A stretch of 64,000 nucleotides of DNA from Bacilli bacterium. Lineage in GTDB: Bacteria; Bacillota_I; Bacilli_A; RFN20; CAG-826. The DNA is taken from the NCBI GenBank assembly GCA_045628045.1, contig JAZQOV010000011.1, forward strand, positions 4,912 through 68,911, in the 5' to 3' direction. Below, piece after piece: positions 37,001 through 46,333 of the stretch. The position numbers were made by a program, and so were the translations under genes. The stretch's first letter is position 1. Each line of letters begins with the position of its first letter. Under the pieces are notes generated by a model. It worked only from the letters and a program-made list of their open reading frames with translations, ran no database searches and had not been told where the DNA came from.

Positions 37001-38488
37001 TATCACATGGAAGATGTTGAATATGTTTTCGACAAGAAAGAGGCCACATACACAGCAAGCGGATATGTCACATCTAACAACGTTGGTGATCAAATCCAAT
37101 TCTATGTAGAAGAAACCACTGATGCATATATTGCAAAGAAAACAACTCCAGCCGGATTCTGCATTTGCATGGACTTCGATTTCCCAGGATTCGCTGATTA
37201 TTGCAAATTATTACAAGTTTCAGGTATTCAATATCGTTGGGATATGGAAGAATTAAGCTGTTTAGCAACATTCTATGTTACTTCCCAAACTGATTCTGAT
37301 ATTAGTTTCATGTTCTATGAATATGCCACTGTTGAAGATTATAGTGGCGTTGAAGTTACTGCTGATGGTAGACTCTGTGCTGATTTCACTTTAGTTCCTG
37401 ATTCATATATGGGTGCAAATGTATCTGAAGTTTACACACGTATATATAATAAGGACGCAGGCACAGCTGTTGAACATTCAAACTACTATATTGATGGTGT
37501 TAAAGCTGGTGAAACAAATGTTGTTTACGAATTAGAAGGTGAAGCTTTAGTTCAACATTATATGGACGGATCATGGGCAGTTGGCTATGTTATTGCCGGA
37601 ACCGAATATGCTATACCATTCTATGATTTAGAAGTCGAAGAAATTCCTACATTTGTAAAAAATGAAAACGGCAATTTCGAAGCAACAATGAAATTCGTTG
37701 ATCCACTTGGACAACACTTTGAAGGCAAATATCTTTTACAAAATGCTATCTATGCTAATTCACAAATTGCAGAAGGCTCTTCAGTTGAATACACATTAAG
37801 TGAAGACGGATCAACATTCACAGCATCTGTCACCTTAGTTGATATATTCGACTTTACTTACATAGTTGAAGAAACAGTACCAGCAGTTAGTGAATATAAG
37901 ATTCTTCCAGACGGAACAACTGTCTTTACGTATAAAAACGCAGTAGACTTTACCTTAAAGAATTTATTCAAAGGTTGTTCTGAAGAAGTTAGAGTTTCAG
38001 GAACCCCACTTGCTGTATTTGCAGAAGGTGGTAAGGCATCTGTTAGTGGTGTTGGTGTTTCATTCAGCGAAGGTGCATTAGAATCATTAAGCGATTCTGC
38101 TGCATTAGTTGCTAATACAACAAAGACCGAAGATGGAACAATGCTTGATATTAAGATTGAAGATCTTGGTAGAGAAGTTGAATTTGATGGTGAATGTACA
38201 GTTACAGTCCCATTTGATGAAAAAGTTCCAACTGGTTGTGAAGTCAAAGTTTATTACCAAGGTGCTGATGGTGAAGTTGATATGGGTGCTGTCTATGATA
38301 AGACAACAGGTACTGTATCATTCAACACTACACACTTCTCACAATACCGTGTTGTTGTTGAAAGAGTCGGCTTAGGCTTATGGTGGATTTTAATCGGATT
38401 TGGCATTCTTCTTGCTGTTGCAGCAGTTTGCTACTTCGTTATTATTAGACCACGCACAAATAAGAAGGCTAAAAAAGGGAATAAATAA
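34100..38488 (+). CDS. giant surface protein: degenerate SGNH-like N-domain, C-terminal TM anchor
   Basis: AGGAGG RBS. Signal peptide. LVSLGSTAATG aligns to the GDS block of the two paralogs. TVEGH aligns to their ..EGH block. C-terminal hydrophobic helix followed by RPRTNKKAKKGNK. Confidence 0.7.
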   Translation: MTKLFKKIKLFLLVSVAGFMGLATAAGVKGAKADAEPETKLVSLGSTAATGTNLTAGVTEEADGFLVEVADSYAAKYATKVGAKLVNLAADSFRLEDICFELENESEDRYFTKAFRAEGEAKRNSKFVAAATDAGFSLVGSSDNIKLTSFMKEEIKSANYVTVDAGFGGYAEYLKYAVNNLIEGNQKVEINGIMELLLQPINKILEEAVKSNEVTKAIFEVVDELIDVDLVKLLNVGDAKKAVSDFVKLVNEMLASYFNSIDTLTSKIRSLNKDAKIIVVGASNPVKNGKVRIGDKTVNVGKYIDAIIKLVNNYTQITTKNSGSYFFVDPVKFDLDTVEGHASVAEAIDAVVTAGKSARAVFIEDTVAAIKKAVTELIDHIFGKKVSKGAITKGVLNERNDLTEFIMEFFDGVIYSAFPGIEQEHVVTEIVDFFSEDIFSKINAFAVGIVAKVTDEIIPAAFDQVMTVLSGVACYIENVVIEAINFVAAIPANMENCASVQMIMDFYNQTFETKVNVLADVLSKAFIDLRGQITEGVGFLFTIPAILTVEIRSALLAKLVTVFVSHPIDSLTIAYYFNKLFGDDASALLEKLGALKDGNAVEQHIYNILFDVDALFKGVPADVEGFFAQSDLLIAKIVRALDGIVAEIHSEVAPMIAEIFDTVVENIQKVMPHEYLLVSEIDANENIHYYAECQDCGFRVEVYPEYTWKVLEDDYGNGVGIGCDVEFTLPSVRGEEPVVIKGYAVGAPREMSTNPFLEMEVVEIPEIEFGDYGVVVDQTPGVAKFTVEHVYFEENDEYVDEVYFDEELCLDFVLDPICYFDSGYYYQSVAKFDAYTLLGDELCYIGTVKFEGKVNAESLKLDLENKIATFETVYGVDELSSTFSLAHSYGYTPYVSTYEFDDETGVLTAIGTIVTEGGKNFDYEESVSFADGTLHFYDEDQYDEDDNLVYEEGFTAEFEVFGTQQISYHMEDVEYVFDKKEATYTASGYVTSNNVGDQIQFYVEETTDAYIAKKTTPAGFCICMDFDFPGFADYCKLLQVSGIQYRWDMEELSCLATFYVTSQTDSDISFMFYEYATVEDYSGVEVTADGRLCADFTLVPDSYMGANVSEVYTRIYNKDAGTAVEHSNYYIDGVKAGETNVVYELEGEALVQHYMDGSWAVGYVIAGTEYAIPFYDLEVEEIPTFVKNENGNFEATMKFVDPLGQHFEGKYLLQNAIYANSQIAEGSSVEYTLSEDGSTFTASVTLVDIFDFTYIVEETVPAVSEYKILPDGTTVFTYKNAVDFTLKNLFKGCSEEVRVSGTPLAVFAEGGKASVSGVGVSFSEGALESLSDSAALVANTTKTEDGTMLDIKIEDLGREVEFDGECTVTVPFDEKVPTGCEVKVYYQGADGEVDMGAVYDKTTGTVSFNTTHFSQYRVVVERVGLGLWWILIGFGILLAVAAVCYFVIIRPRTNKKAKKGNK

Positions 38489-38556
38489 TATAAGAGGAAA
38501 AGGGTTACGATAGTTTGTCGTAACCCCTATCCCGTATATCGGAAAGGAATTAATAT

Positions 38557-41500
38557 ATGAAAAAATTATTACAATTATTACTTGCGCTTACTATGGCAAG
38601 ACCAGCTGCATATGCTGAGAAAAATAAGACATTCAATTATGTTAGTTTTGGTGATTCCCAAACTGCCGGCTTAGGCTTACATGGTTGCGTTCCAGAATGG
38701 TTCTATGAAGATCCTTCGTATTATTGGACAGGAACAAACCCAATCACTGGAGAAAAAATAAAGAGTGGTTACTTCGCATCGGGATATTATTTCCAATCAG
38801 AAGATAGCTATCCAAGATTAATTGAAAAGGCATTACAAAGAGAATACAAAAATGTAAACTTCAAACCTGCCGCAATTAATGCATTTAGAGCCGAAACTCT
38901 TAAACATCTTCTTTACGGCGAACCAATGACTCATGTCTATGATCAATTTATGGCATCTGACTATATTAGTGGTTCTGAAGCAGAAAGACATGAAACTTAC
39001 ACAATTAATGGTAAGGTTTATACTTACGATAAGGCAAAAACAAGCGTAAGTGCTGAAATGATTAGCGCAGTCGAAAATGCTGATTTAATCACATACGATT
39101 TAGGCGCAAACGATTTCGGTGGATTCTTTATGTTTGGATCTTTTGCTTCTTACCTTGAAAAATACGGAATTAAAGTCACAGATTTATATGAACTTATTCC
39201 AGCCGAATATGCTGATATTTATTATTCAACAAAAGGCTATATTTTAAATATGATTCTTGAATCTGCTGGAGAAGCTATTCCTGCAGAATTACTTTCATCA
39301 CTTACATCATATGTTGATATGTTTGTTTATTCATTAGTGTCATTCATAGTTAACTTTGATGCCACTATGGAAAGAATTTATACATTAAACCCAGATGTTG
39401 AAGTTGTCGTTATGTCAATTCAAAACATCTATAAAGATGCACAAGCAGCAATGGGTGATATGGTTCTCCCACTCGGTGACATCATAGGTGTATTAATGAC
39501 TATTGCTAATGCATATACATCATTCTTCTCACCATATGCTAATAAGTATTATTATGTTGATTTTGGTAATGAACACGTTCACGATCATATCGATGAACTC
39601 GAAACATGGTCATCACAAAGATCATTCTTAAATACTTCACTTACACGTTATGCTGAATTAGAAAGATTAATGGGTTATGGTGAAATTATTGATTCATTCA
39701 ATGTTTACTCAGAACTCTTAGTTGAATATACTCTTAAGAACGAAATTGCAGCAAGAGAAAACGTTATCGTCGGTGGAAGACAACTTACATTTGACGAAAT
39801 CGTCAATTCAAATTCCTATGCTTTAAGAAGCATTAAGAATAGAATTCAAAAAGAATTAGCTGTTAAAACAAAACTTTCTTATTATGCTCATGCTAGAGCA
39901 TTTGTATGTTCATTTGAAAACAAGACCATGGCCATGGAAGCCACATGGGGCGATCCAGCACTTGATCAAATCAGTGTTATCGCAAAAGAATATCAAGATA
40001 AATTTAATCCAAATCTTAGCGAAGAAGCTAATATCTTAAATGTTATTAATGATCTTGATAAAGCAATTACTGCTGAATATTCAGGAGCAGAGAACGCTGA
40101 TAAACAAGCTGCATTATTTGCACAATTATTAGGTACTGGTTATGCTTATGCATTTATGTGCCACAGATCTGTTGAAGGTCATAAAGAATGTGCAGAAAGA
40201 GTACTTGCAGCATTCCACGCAAAGAATAATAAGAGAACAACTGGTAAAGAAGGCTTACTCGCTGCATTACCATCAATCTTATTTAACTTTAATAAAGAAA
40301 AGAGCTATCAAACTGTAGCTCAAGTAGTTGCAGCAATTACCCCATTTATCGTTGGTGGTAAGATCAATGAAGGCTATATCGTTTCAACACTTGATGAACT
40401 TCTTGCCTTTATCGATAACGCTGAACAATACGTTACAGAAAACGAAGAAGCTGTTGTAAATGTTAAGACAGCAATTGATAGCTTAGTTGAACAACTTGGT
40501 TTAACTGAACAATTTGCAGAATTACTTGCAAGCAATCCATTATTAAAAGAATTCTACGAAAATACTGAAGAAATGCTCATCAAGACATTCGGTGATGCAA
40601 GACTCGCATTAAAGATTGTCGAATTTGTTGAAATACTCAGAAATACATTCGTTGGAAGAGATATTGCTGTTGCAGTTTCATATGCAGTTGGCGAAGTCTT
40701 AAAAGATCTCGGCATTGCATTAGCTGAAATTGTTAAGGTTGCAGAAGGCATTGGCGAAAAAGTTCATGAAGCAATTATGAACACTCCAAGTGCTATCTCA
40801 TATGCTATTAAAGCAATTGAAGAAGCTCTTGGCGTTGTCGCTGATAAAGTAATGGCAGCTCTTGACTATGCTGGCCACGTTGCTGGTGAAGTTAAAGATA
40901 AAGCAATTGAAGTTTCAATCGAAGCACTTCATGCAATTGATAAGGCATTTGATTGGACAGGTGATCAACTTAAGAATTTAGTTGAATTCATTGCTAAAAC
41001 ATTTGTTAAAACTGTAAATGCTACTGAAGAAGCTGCTAAAAATGCTGCTGTTGCAACATATAACGCAGTTAAATATGTAGCAGAAGAAGTTGGTAATTCA
41101 GTTGACTTTGTCTTAGGAGAATTATCAGAGATTCCAGGAATCATTGGCGAAGCTATAGGCGATGCCCGTGCATTTACTGAATCAGTCTTATCATGGGCAG
41201 GTAAACAAGTTAGCAAGGCATTCTCTGCTGTTGTTGATGTCCTTGATAGTATTCCAGGCGCAGTTAAAGAAGGTGCAGAATTTGTTGCCTCAGTAATTGC
41301 TGATCTTATTGGAAAAGCAAAAGATGCTATCGGTGATGTTGTCAGTTTCGAAAAAGAAGTTGCTGAAAAAATCTATAATGCTGGTAAATCAGCTGTAGAA
41401 TATGTTGTCGATGAAGTTTCTAAGGCAATTCCAGAAGTTGTTGAATTTGTCGAAGATGCAGCAAAATTCGTTTCTGACGGAGTTAAAGCATATGTTAATT

Positions 41501-42129
41501 TTGTAAGAGAAACCATTGCTTCAATTCCAGGTGCTATCCGTGATGCAGTTGATAATATTGGCGAAGTTGCAAGTAAGATCTTCAACTCATTATCTGATTT
41601 CTCAAAAGAAGCAATTACCACAGTTATTAATGTAGCTGGTGAAATCGCTGGTAATGTTGAAGATGCAGTTAAAGCAGGAGCTTCATTTATTGCTGATGCA
41701 GTTTCAGAAATTGCTGGTAATGTTGGCGACTTCATTGGAAGCGTTATTGAATTCTTTACAGGAAATAGAAGAGTTACAAGAGGTGCTCCAGTACCACAAG
41801 AATATCATGGTATTGAAGCTCTTGAAGAATTCGTTGCAAAGATTCAAGAAACATTAGCAAAAGCTGAAGATGTCAGCCTTGAAACTGTTGCTGTGCTTCT
41901 TGGTTATGTTACCAAAGTTATTCCGGCAGCAATTCAAGAAGTCTATACAATGGCTGTTAAAGGAGTTAATGAATTTGTCATTGCTTCTTATGAAAAACTT
42001 GCAAGCACTGTAATGAGCGAAGTTTGTGGCTTTGTTAGTTCAGTTGCTCCAGTTGCAATGAGCGTCTACTCAGACCTCTTAGCAGCATTATCAAGTGCAT
42101 TCATTGCATGGGCTCCATTATTCAAATAA
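38557..42129 (+). CDS. secreted SGNH/GDSL hydrolase fused to a long amphipathic-helix repeat region
   Basis: Signal peptide ..PAAYA/E. Block I YVSFGDSQTAGLG, block III DLGANDFG, block V-like HRSVEGH. The C-terminal ~600 aa are A/V/E/K-rich helical repeats. Confidence 0.75.
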   Translation: MKKLLQLLLALTMARPAAYAEKNKTFNYVSFGDSQTAGLGLHGCVPEWFYEDPSYYWTGTNPITGEKIKSGYFASGYYFQSEDSYPRLIEKALQREYKNVNFKPAAINAFRAETLKHLLYGEPMTHVYDQFMASDYISGSEAERHETYTINGKVYTYDKAKTSVSAEMISAVENADLITYDLGANDFGGFFMFGSFASYLEKYGIKVTDLYELIPAEYADIYYSTKGYILNMILESAGEAIPAELLSSLTSYVDMFVYSLVSFIVNFDATMERIYTLNPDVEVVVMSIQNIYKDAQAAMGDMVLPLGDIIGVLMTIANAYTSFFSPYANKYYYVDFGNEHVHDHIDELETWSSQRSFLNTSLTRYAELERLMGYGEIIDSFNVYSELLVEYTLKNEIAARENVIVGGRQLTFDEIVNSNSYALRSIKNRIQKELAVKTKLSYYAHARAFVCSFENKTMAMEATWGDPALDQISVIAKEYQDKFNPNLSEEANILNVINDLDKAITAEYSGAENADKQAALFAQLLGTGYAYAFMCHRSVEGHKECAERVLAAFHAKNNKRTTGKEGLLAALPSILFNFNKEKSYQTVAQVVAAITPFIVGGKINEGYIVSTLDELLAFIDNAEQYVTENEEAVVNVKTAIDSLVEQLGLTEQFAELLASNPLLKEFYENTEEMLIKTFGDARLALKIVEFVEILRNTFVGRDIAVAVSYAVGEVLKDLGIALAEIVKVAEGIGEKVHEAIMNTPSAISYAIKAIEEALGVVADKVMAALDYAGHVAGEVKDKAIEVSIEALHAIDKAFDWTGDQLKNLVEFIAKTFVKTVNATEEAAKNAAVATYNAVKYVAEEVGNSVDFVLGELSEIPGIIGEAIGDARAFTESVLSWAGKQVSKAFSAVVDVLDSIPGAVKEGAEFVASVIADLIGKAKDAIGDVVSFEKEVAEKIYNAGKSAVEYVVDEVSKAIPEVVEFVEDAAKFVSDGVKAYVNFVRETIASIPGAIRDAVDNIGEVASKIFNSLSDFSKEAITTVINVAGEIAGNVEDAVKAGASFIADAVSEIAGNVGDFIGSVIEFFTGNRRVTRGAPVPQEYHGIEALEEFVAKIQETLAKAEDVSLETVAVLLGYVTKVIPAAIQEVYTMAVKGVNEFVIASYEKLASTVMSEVCGFVSSVAPVAMSVYSDLLAALSSAFIAWAPLFK

Positions 42130-42151
42130 TTTGAGTAATTAAACAAATACA

Positions 42152-42186
42152 AAACCAGATCGTTTCTAGCGGTCTGGTTTTTATTT
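42152..42186 (+). terminator. intrinsic terminator
   Basis: AAACCAGATCG-tttctag-CGGTCTGGTTT followed by TTATTTT. Confidence 0.8.
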
Positions 42187-42291
42187 TGCTTAATTGAGAG
42201 TTCTTTACTTTTCTTATATTAATATAAAAAAAGCTTTTAGGCTTATTTAGGCTCTCAATTAAGAAAGAATGTAAACTTAACCGTCACAATA

Positions 42292-42314
42292 AGAAAAAGG
42301 CCTCTATGGGCCTT
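42292..42314 (-). terminator. intrinsic terminator of the minus-strand gene
   Basis: On the minus strand: AAGGCC-cataga-GGCCTT followed by TTTTC. Confidence 0.7.
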
Positions 42315-42348
42315 AAAACATATTTATAAATAATTTTATTATTAATTC

Positions 42349-43239
42349 TTATTTAGATTTAGCACGATTAAGTAGTTTTGCTATTAATAATGAAGATAAA
42401 TATAGTTCTAATGAAACAAGTGTTGTAATAGCGAGTGTTTCTATTGTTCCTATCTTATCTAGGCTTATATGAAGAAGCATCTTATTAATTACATAGCCAA
42501 TTCCTAATCCTAATAAAGAGAATATGATTATTATTAATAATGCTTTACGAGTTCTTGGCTTTTTATCTTTTATTAAATAAAGTTTTAACGAGAATGCTTC
42601 TGCCGCTACAAGGATGATAGCGGTAATCCAATATAATAAATAAAATTTATTCCCGCCTACGTACTCGTACGAGCCCACAAGTGCGCTACAAGATCCAAGA
42701 AGTGGGATTATAAACGACAAGATTGTTGGTAAGGAGAATTTTGAATTCTTTTTAACGGAAATCATATGCTCTTTATCAAGTACAAGAAGTGGGAAGTTTA
42801 ATTCCACATCTGCGAGTTTGTTTATATCTAATTTAAATGACTCTAATTTATCAAAAGAAACATAAAGAGGATTATATTTATTTACGATTTTAATTAGAGT
42901 CTTTATTTTCTCAATTTGTTGAGCCTCTGATAATTTATTATCAGTTTTTAACATTACAAGTTCATTTAAAATCTTCTTTCCTTGATTTTCATTAAAGGAA
43001 TTTTGTGCAAAATTTGCCATGAAAAAACCAACTTTATTCATGTTAATTTTTATTTGCACAACATCATTAATTTCATTCTTGTTTGAGTCAATTATTTTTA
43101 GACCCATAACCTTATTTTTCGCATATGATTTATTTAGCGAAGAAATGAAGTCTTTATCTCTAATAACGACAATGTTATTTTCAAAACTAAATTTGCGACT
43201 TGAATCGGAAATTTGGAATGTGATTTGATTTTTTTCCAT
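42349..43239 (-). CDS. membrane protein (soluble N-domain plus ~4 C-terminal TM helices), function unknown
   Basis: The only minus-strand gene in this block. Hydrophobic C-terminal third. No motif recognised. Confidence 0.55.
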   Translation of the reverse strand: MEKNQITFQISDSSRKFSFENNIVVIRDKDFISSLNKSYAKNKVMGLKIIDSNKNEINDVVQIKINMNKVGFFMANFAQNSFNENQGKKILNELVMLKTDNKLSEAQQIEKIKTLIKIVNKYNPLYVSFDKLESFKLDINKLADVELNFPLLVLDKEHMISVKKNSKFSLPTILSFIIPLLGSCSALVGSYEYVGGNKFYLLYWITAIILVAAEAFSLKLYLIKDKKPRTRKALLIIIIFSLLGLGIGYVINKMLLHISLDKIGTIETLAITTLVSLELYLSSLLIAKLLNRAKSK

Positions 43240-43504
43240 AACGATATTTTAGATTATTATCAGTTATCTTTCTATACAAAAATTTTTAAAGTTATCCGCG
43301 AAATTACCATTATTTTCGGTATAAAACGCTCATTTTTTAAACTCAAATTGAACTTTTTTGACCACAAAATATTATTTTGATTGTTATTTAGAAGACACTT
43401 AATATAAAATATTAGAGAAGTAAGATTTAGTTCATTTATTTAAATTTGTAAAAAATGGTTGTCTATTTTATAAGACAAACTACATCTTAAGGAAGGATAT
43501 CATT

Positions 43505-46321
43505 ATGAAAAAAAGTATCTCTGGAATCTTGTTAGCATCCGTTATGTCACTCGGCTTTTTAGCTGCACCTAGTACAGTTAAGGAATCAGGAAGTGCAGAG
43601 GAAGAAACAGCCATTACTTTACGCGCGAAGGCAAAAGAGGAAAGAAATTGTTTTATTTCCACTTTAGTTGAAAACATTACATCTGGGAAAACATATACCT
43701 TTAAAATTGATGGAAAGGATGTCGGTCGTTTTAGACTAACCAAATATAAAAAAGGCTGGGCAATTTCTAAGGGAACAATGTTTGTCGGCATTCAAAATAA
43801 GAGAATTGTCTACAAATTAACCCCAACTGAATGGAATTATGAAGATGGTGCATTTAGCCTCCCAGTAAAAAAAGTAAATTTTGGTTTTATCCATATTGAT
43901 ACTTCCGAACAACCAACCCAATACATTAAATCATTTAAAGTTGGTGCAAGATTAACCACCGAAAAAACTAACGTTGAAATTTATAACGTTATTCACACTG
44001 CGCACGCAATGACCGACTGGATTGATTGCGAAGATGGTGTACACCACAAGAAAGTTTGTTTAAATGAATGTGGTTACGAAGAAATTGGCGTTCATAACTT
44101 TGGTGAATTTAATAGTTCGCTTTATTGTCTTGATTGTGGCGCTATTAATCCAGGTGATCCTGAAGTTAATATTTCTGCTGCATTTAGAGAAGTAGAAACA
44201 GTCAATTATTTGAACATTCTTGTTGGAAAACCATTTAAATACACTACATATTATGCAGACGTTGATGTTTCATATAATAACGTTGGTATTTCCAAAGTTG
44301 AATTAAGAATGAATGAACAAGGCGACTTTGTCGAAGGATATAGTTGCTCACTAAATTCAAGAATCAAAACTCTTGAAGTTAGAGTTACCGATACACGCAA
44401 CAATGTTTACAACGAAGTATTCAAAAACCTCATTGTTTCATTTGATTTACAAGGTAAAGCATCAAAAATCGCTCCTATTACACATGTGGGCGAAGGCGAT
44501 AAAATCGCTGCTCCAGAAAGACCAGCTCCAACAAAAGATGAAATCTTTGCTGGCTGGTACAAAGAAGCAGAATGCGAAAATCCTTGGGATTTCGAAGTTG
44601 ATACTGTCGAAGATGATACAGTTTTATATGCTAAGTACGTTAAAGGAAATACCCTTTCAAGTGTTTTAAGCTTAAGCTATGACATCTTCCCATACGCAAC
44701 AAGCGCAACCCCAGTTCCAACAAAATCTTGGGTCAATGGCAAAGGCATTAGAGCATACATTTCAGGTGAAAACCTTGTTCTTTTAAACGGCACGAAGAAA
44801 TTAACACTTCCTCTTGCAACCGAAATGTCTATTAACGAAAACAATGAATACATCATTCAAGAAGGATCTGTTACTTGGAAATTCAACCTTCTTAGATACT
44901 TTGGATTTGATTATTTAGGATATTTTGAAATCGAAGGTTCAGAAGGCTTTGATGGTGCTTATGGTAAAACAAGTTCAAGACTTACAACAGTTATTGCAAA
45001 TGCAACAGGTATGGGTGGTTTCCCAGTTGGTGAAGCTCGTCCAGTAAATGCTTGGTCCAATGAAAAAGGAAATCGTTTATATGTAGATTCTGCTACTGGT
45101 GCAATTACAATTGAAAGCCCTAATAAAGAAGCAATTGTTCTTGAAAACAATGTTCCTGTTAATGTTTTTGATAACTATGTTATCAGAGATGAAGAAAATA
45201 ACATTAAGTTAATGCTTAACACTGAAAATGGTAAATTAACTTCTATTGAAGTTGTTACACTTGGATCATCTGAGGAAACTTCCGATTTCGGAACATTCAT
45301 TCCAGCATATGATTTAGGTAGCCTTTTAGGTACCACATTCCCAGTTACAGATATTAACAAAGCTCCACTTGATGCTTGGTTAAATGGTAATGGCGGAAAA
45401 GCATATATTGATGCAAATGGTAATTTTGCTATTGCAGATAACAACGGAATTGTTTACTCAGATTCCTTAGAAAAACCATACGTTTACAAAGATGGTTACT
45501 ATGTAAATGTCGGTGCTACTGAAGAAAATTATGTTAAAGTTGGTTATGTGGATGATGTTGTAACCTCAATTATTGTTAATGGTAGCTTTGGTAGCGGTGC
45601 AAATGGCACTTACACAGCTTTAGGAATTACTGTTTCATCTGTATTAGACACACTTAAAGTAATCTTCCCATATTTCAATGGAAATGGTGAAGTTTGGAGC
45701 AGTGCTTCTGGCGCAACAGTTTATTATGATGAAGATGCAAAAGCTATCGTTTTCAACACATTCTCACTTGCAGATACAACTGCATGTATTAGAGATGGTG
45801 AAAACTATGTTTGCACATATAAGAAAGGCTATGACAGCGCAAAGGTTACCTTTGTTATGGATAATGGAACATTAACATCAATTGTTGTTTCAGATGCTTC
45901 CCTTATGATTAGACGTGCAAATGGTGAATACGTTCCAACATCATTTATTGAAACTGTTAAAGATGTATTAGATTGCTCTAGTAGAGCATTCCCAGTTAGA
46001 TCAGCTGAAAATAATAACAATTCTTCAGCAATTCCAGAAGAAGCTTGGGAAAATGAAAATGGCATTAAGTGCTTCATTCAAAATGGCGAAGATACTCAAT
46101 CATTAGTCTTCTGTGAAGTCTTAGACGTCAAAGGCTACAAGATTGAAAAGAAAATCACTATCGACAATATTCTTGATAATATTGATCAAGCTGAAGGTGA
46201 TTATGTCTATCAATATTTCACATTTAAGATGACAAGAGGTGTCCTCTCAAGTATTGAAGTTAACTATCCACAAGGTAGCTTATATATTTCATTCAACGGT
46301 TCATATCAACCAGTTCTTTAA
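43505..46321 (+). CDS. secreted repeat protein with one Listeria-Bacteroides-type module
   Basis: AAGGAAGG RBS. Signal peptide. FAGWYKEAECENPWDFEVDTVEDDTVLYAKYV. A recurrent module P(V/L)..W.N..G...YI..... Confidence 0.65.
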   Translation: MKKSISGILLASVMSLGFLAAPSTVKESGSAEEETAITLRAKAKEERNCFISTLVENITSGKTYTFKIDGKDVGRFRLTKYKKGWAISKGTMFVGIQNKRIVYKLTPTEWNYEDGAFSLPVKKVNFGFIHIDTSEQPTQYIKSFKVGARLTTEKTNVEIYNVIHTAHAMTDWIDCEDGVHHKKVCLNECGYEEIGVHNFGEFNSSLYCLDCGAINPGDPEVNISAAFREVETVNYLNILVGKPFKYTTYYADVDVSYNNVGISKVELRMNEQGDFVEGYSCSLNSRIKTLEVRVTDTRNNVYNEVFKNLIVSFDLQGKASKIAPITHVGEGDKIAAPERPAPTKDEIFAGWYKEAECENPWDFEVDTVEDDTVLYAKYVKGNTLSSVLSLSYDIFPYATSATPVPTKSWVNGKGIRAYISGENLVLLNGTKKLTLPLATEMSINENNEYIIQEGSVTWKFNLLRYFGFDYLGYFEIEGSEGFDGAYGKTSSRLTTVIANATGMGGFPVGEARPVNAWSNEKGNRLYVDSATGAITIESPNKEAIVLENNVPVNVFDNYVIRDEENNIKLMLNTENGKLTSIEVVTLGSSEETSDFGTFIPAYDLGSLLGTTFPVTDINKAPLDAWLNGNGGKAYIDANGNFAIADNNGIVYSDSLEKPYVYKDGYYVNVGATEENYVKVGYVDDVVTSIIVNGSFGSGANGTYTALGITVSSVLDTLKVIFPYFNGNGEVWSSASGATVYYDEDAKAIVFNTFSLADTTACIRDGENYVCTYKKGYDSAKVTFVMDNGTLTSIVVSDASLMIRRANGEYVPTSFIETVKDVLDCSSRAFPVRSAENNNNSSAIPEEAWENENGIKCFIQNGEDTQSLVFCEVLDVKGYKIEKKITIDNILDNIDQAEGDYVYQYFTFKMTRGVLSSIEVNYPQGSLYISFNGSYQPVL

Positions 46322-46333
46322 TAAAAAATAACA

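Noticed and set aside
42189-42263. 12-bp perfect inverted repeat CTTAATTGAGAG ... CTCTCAATTAAG (51-bp spacer), as a possible MITE or recombination site.
   Set aside because: It is a single occurrence between two convergent terminators, with no target-site duplication or coding capacity. It is most simply an extended intergenic stem-loop. Noted, but not supportable as a feature.
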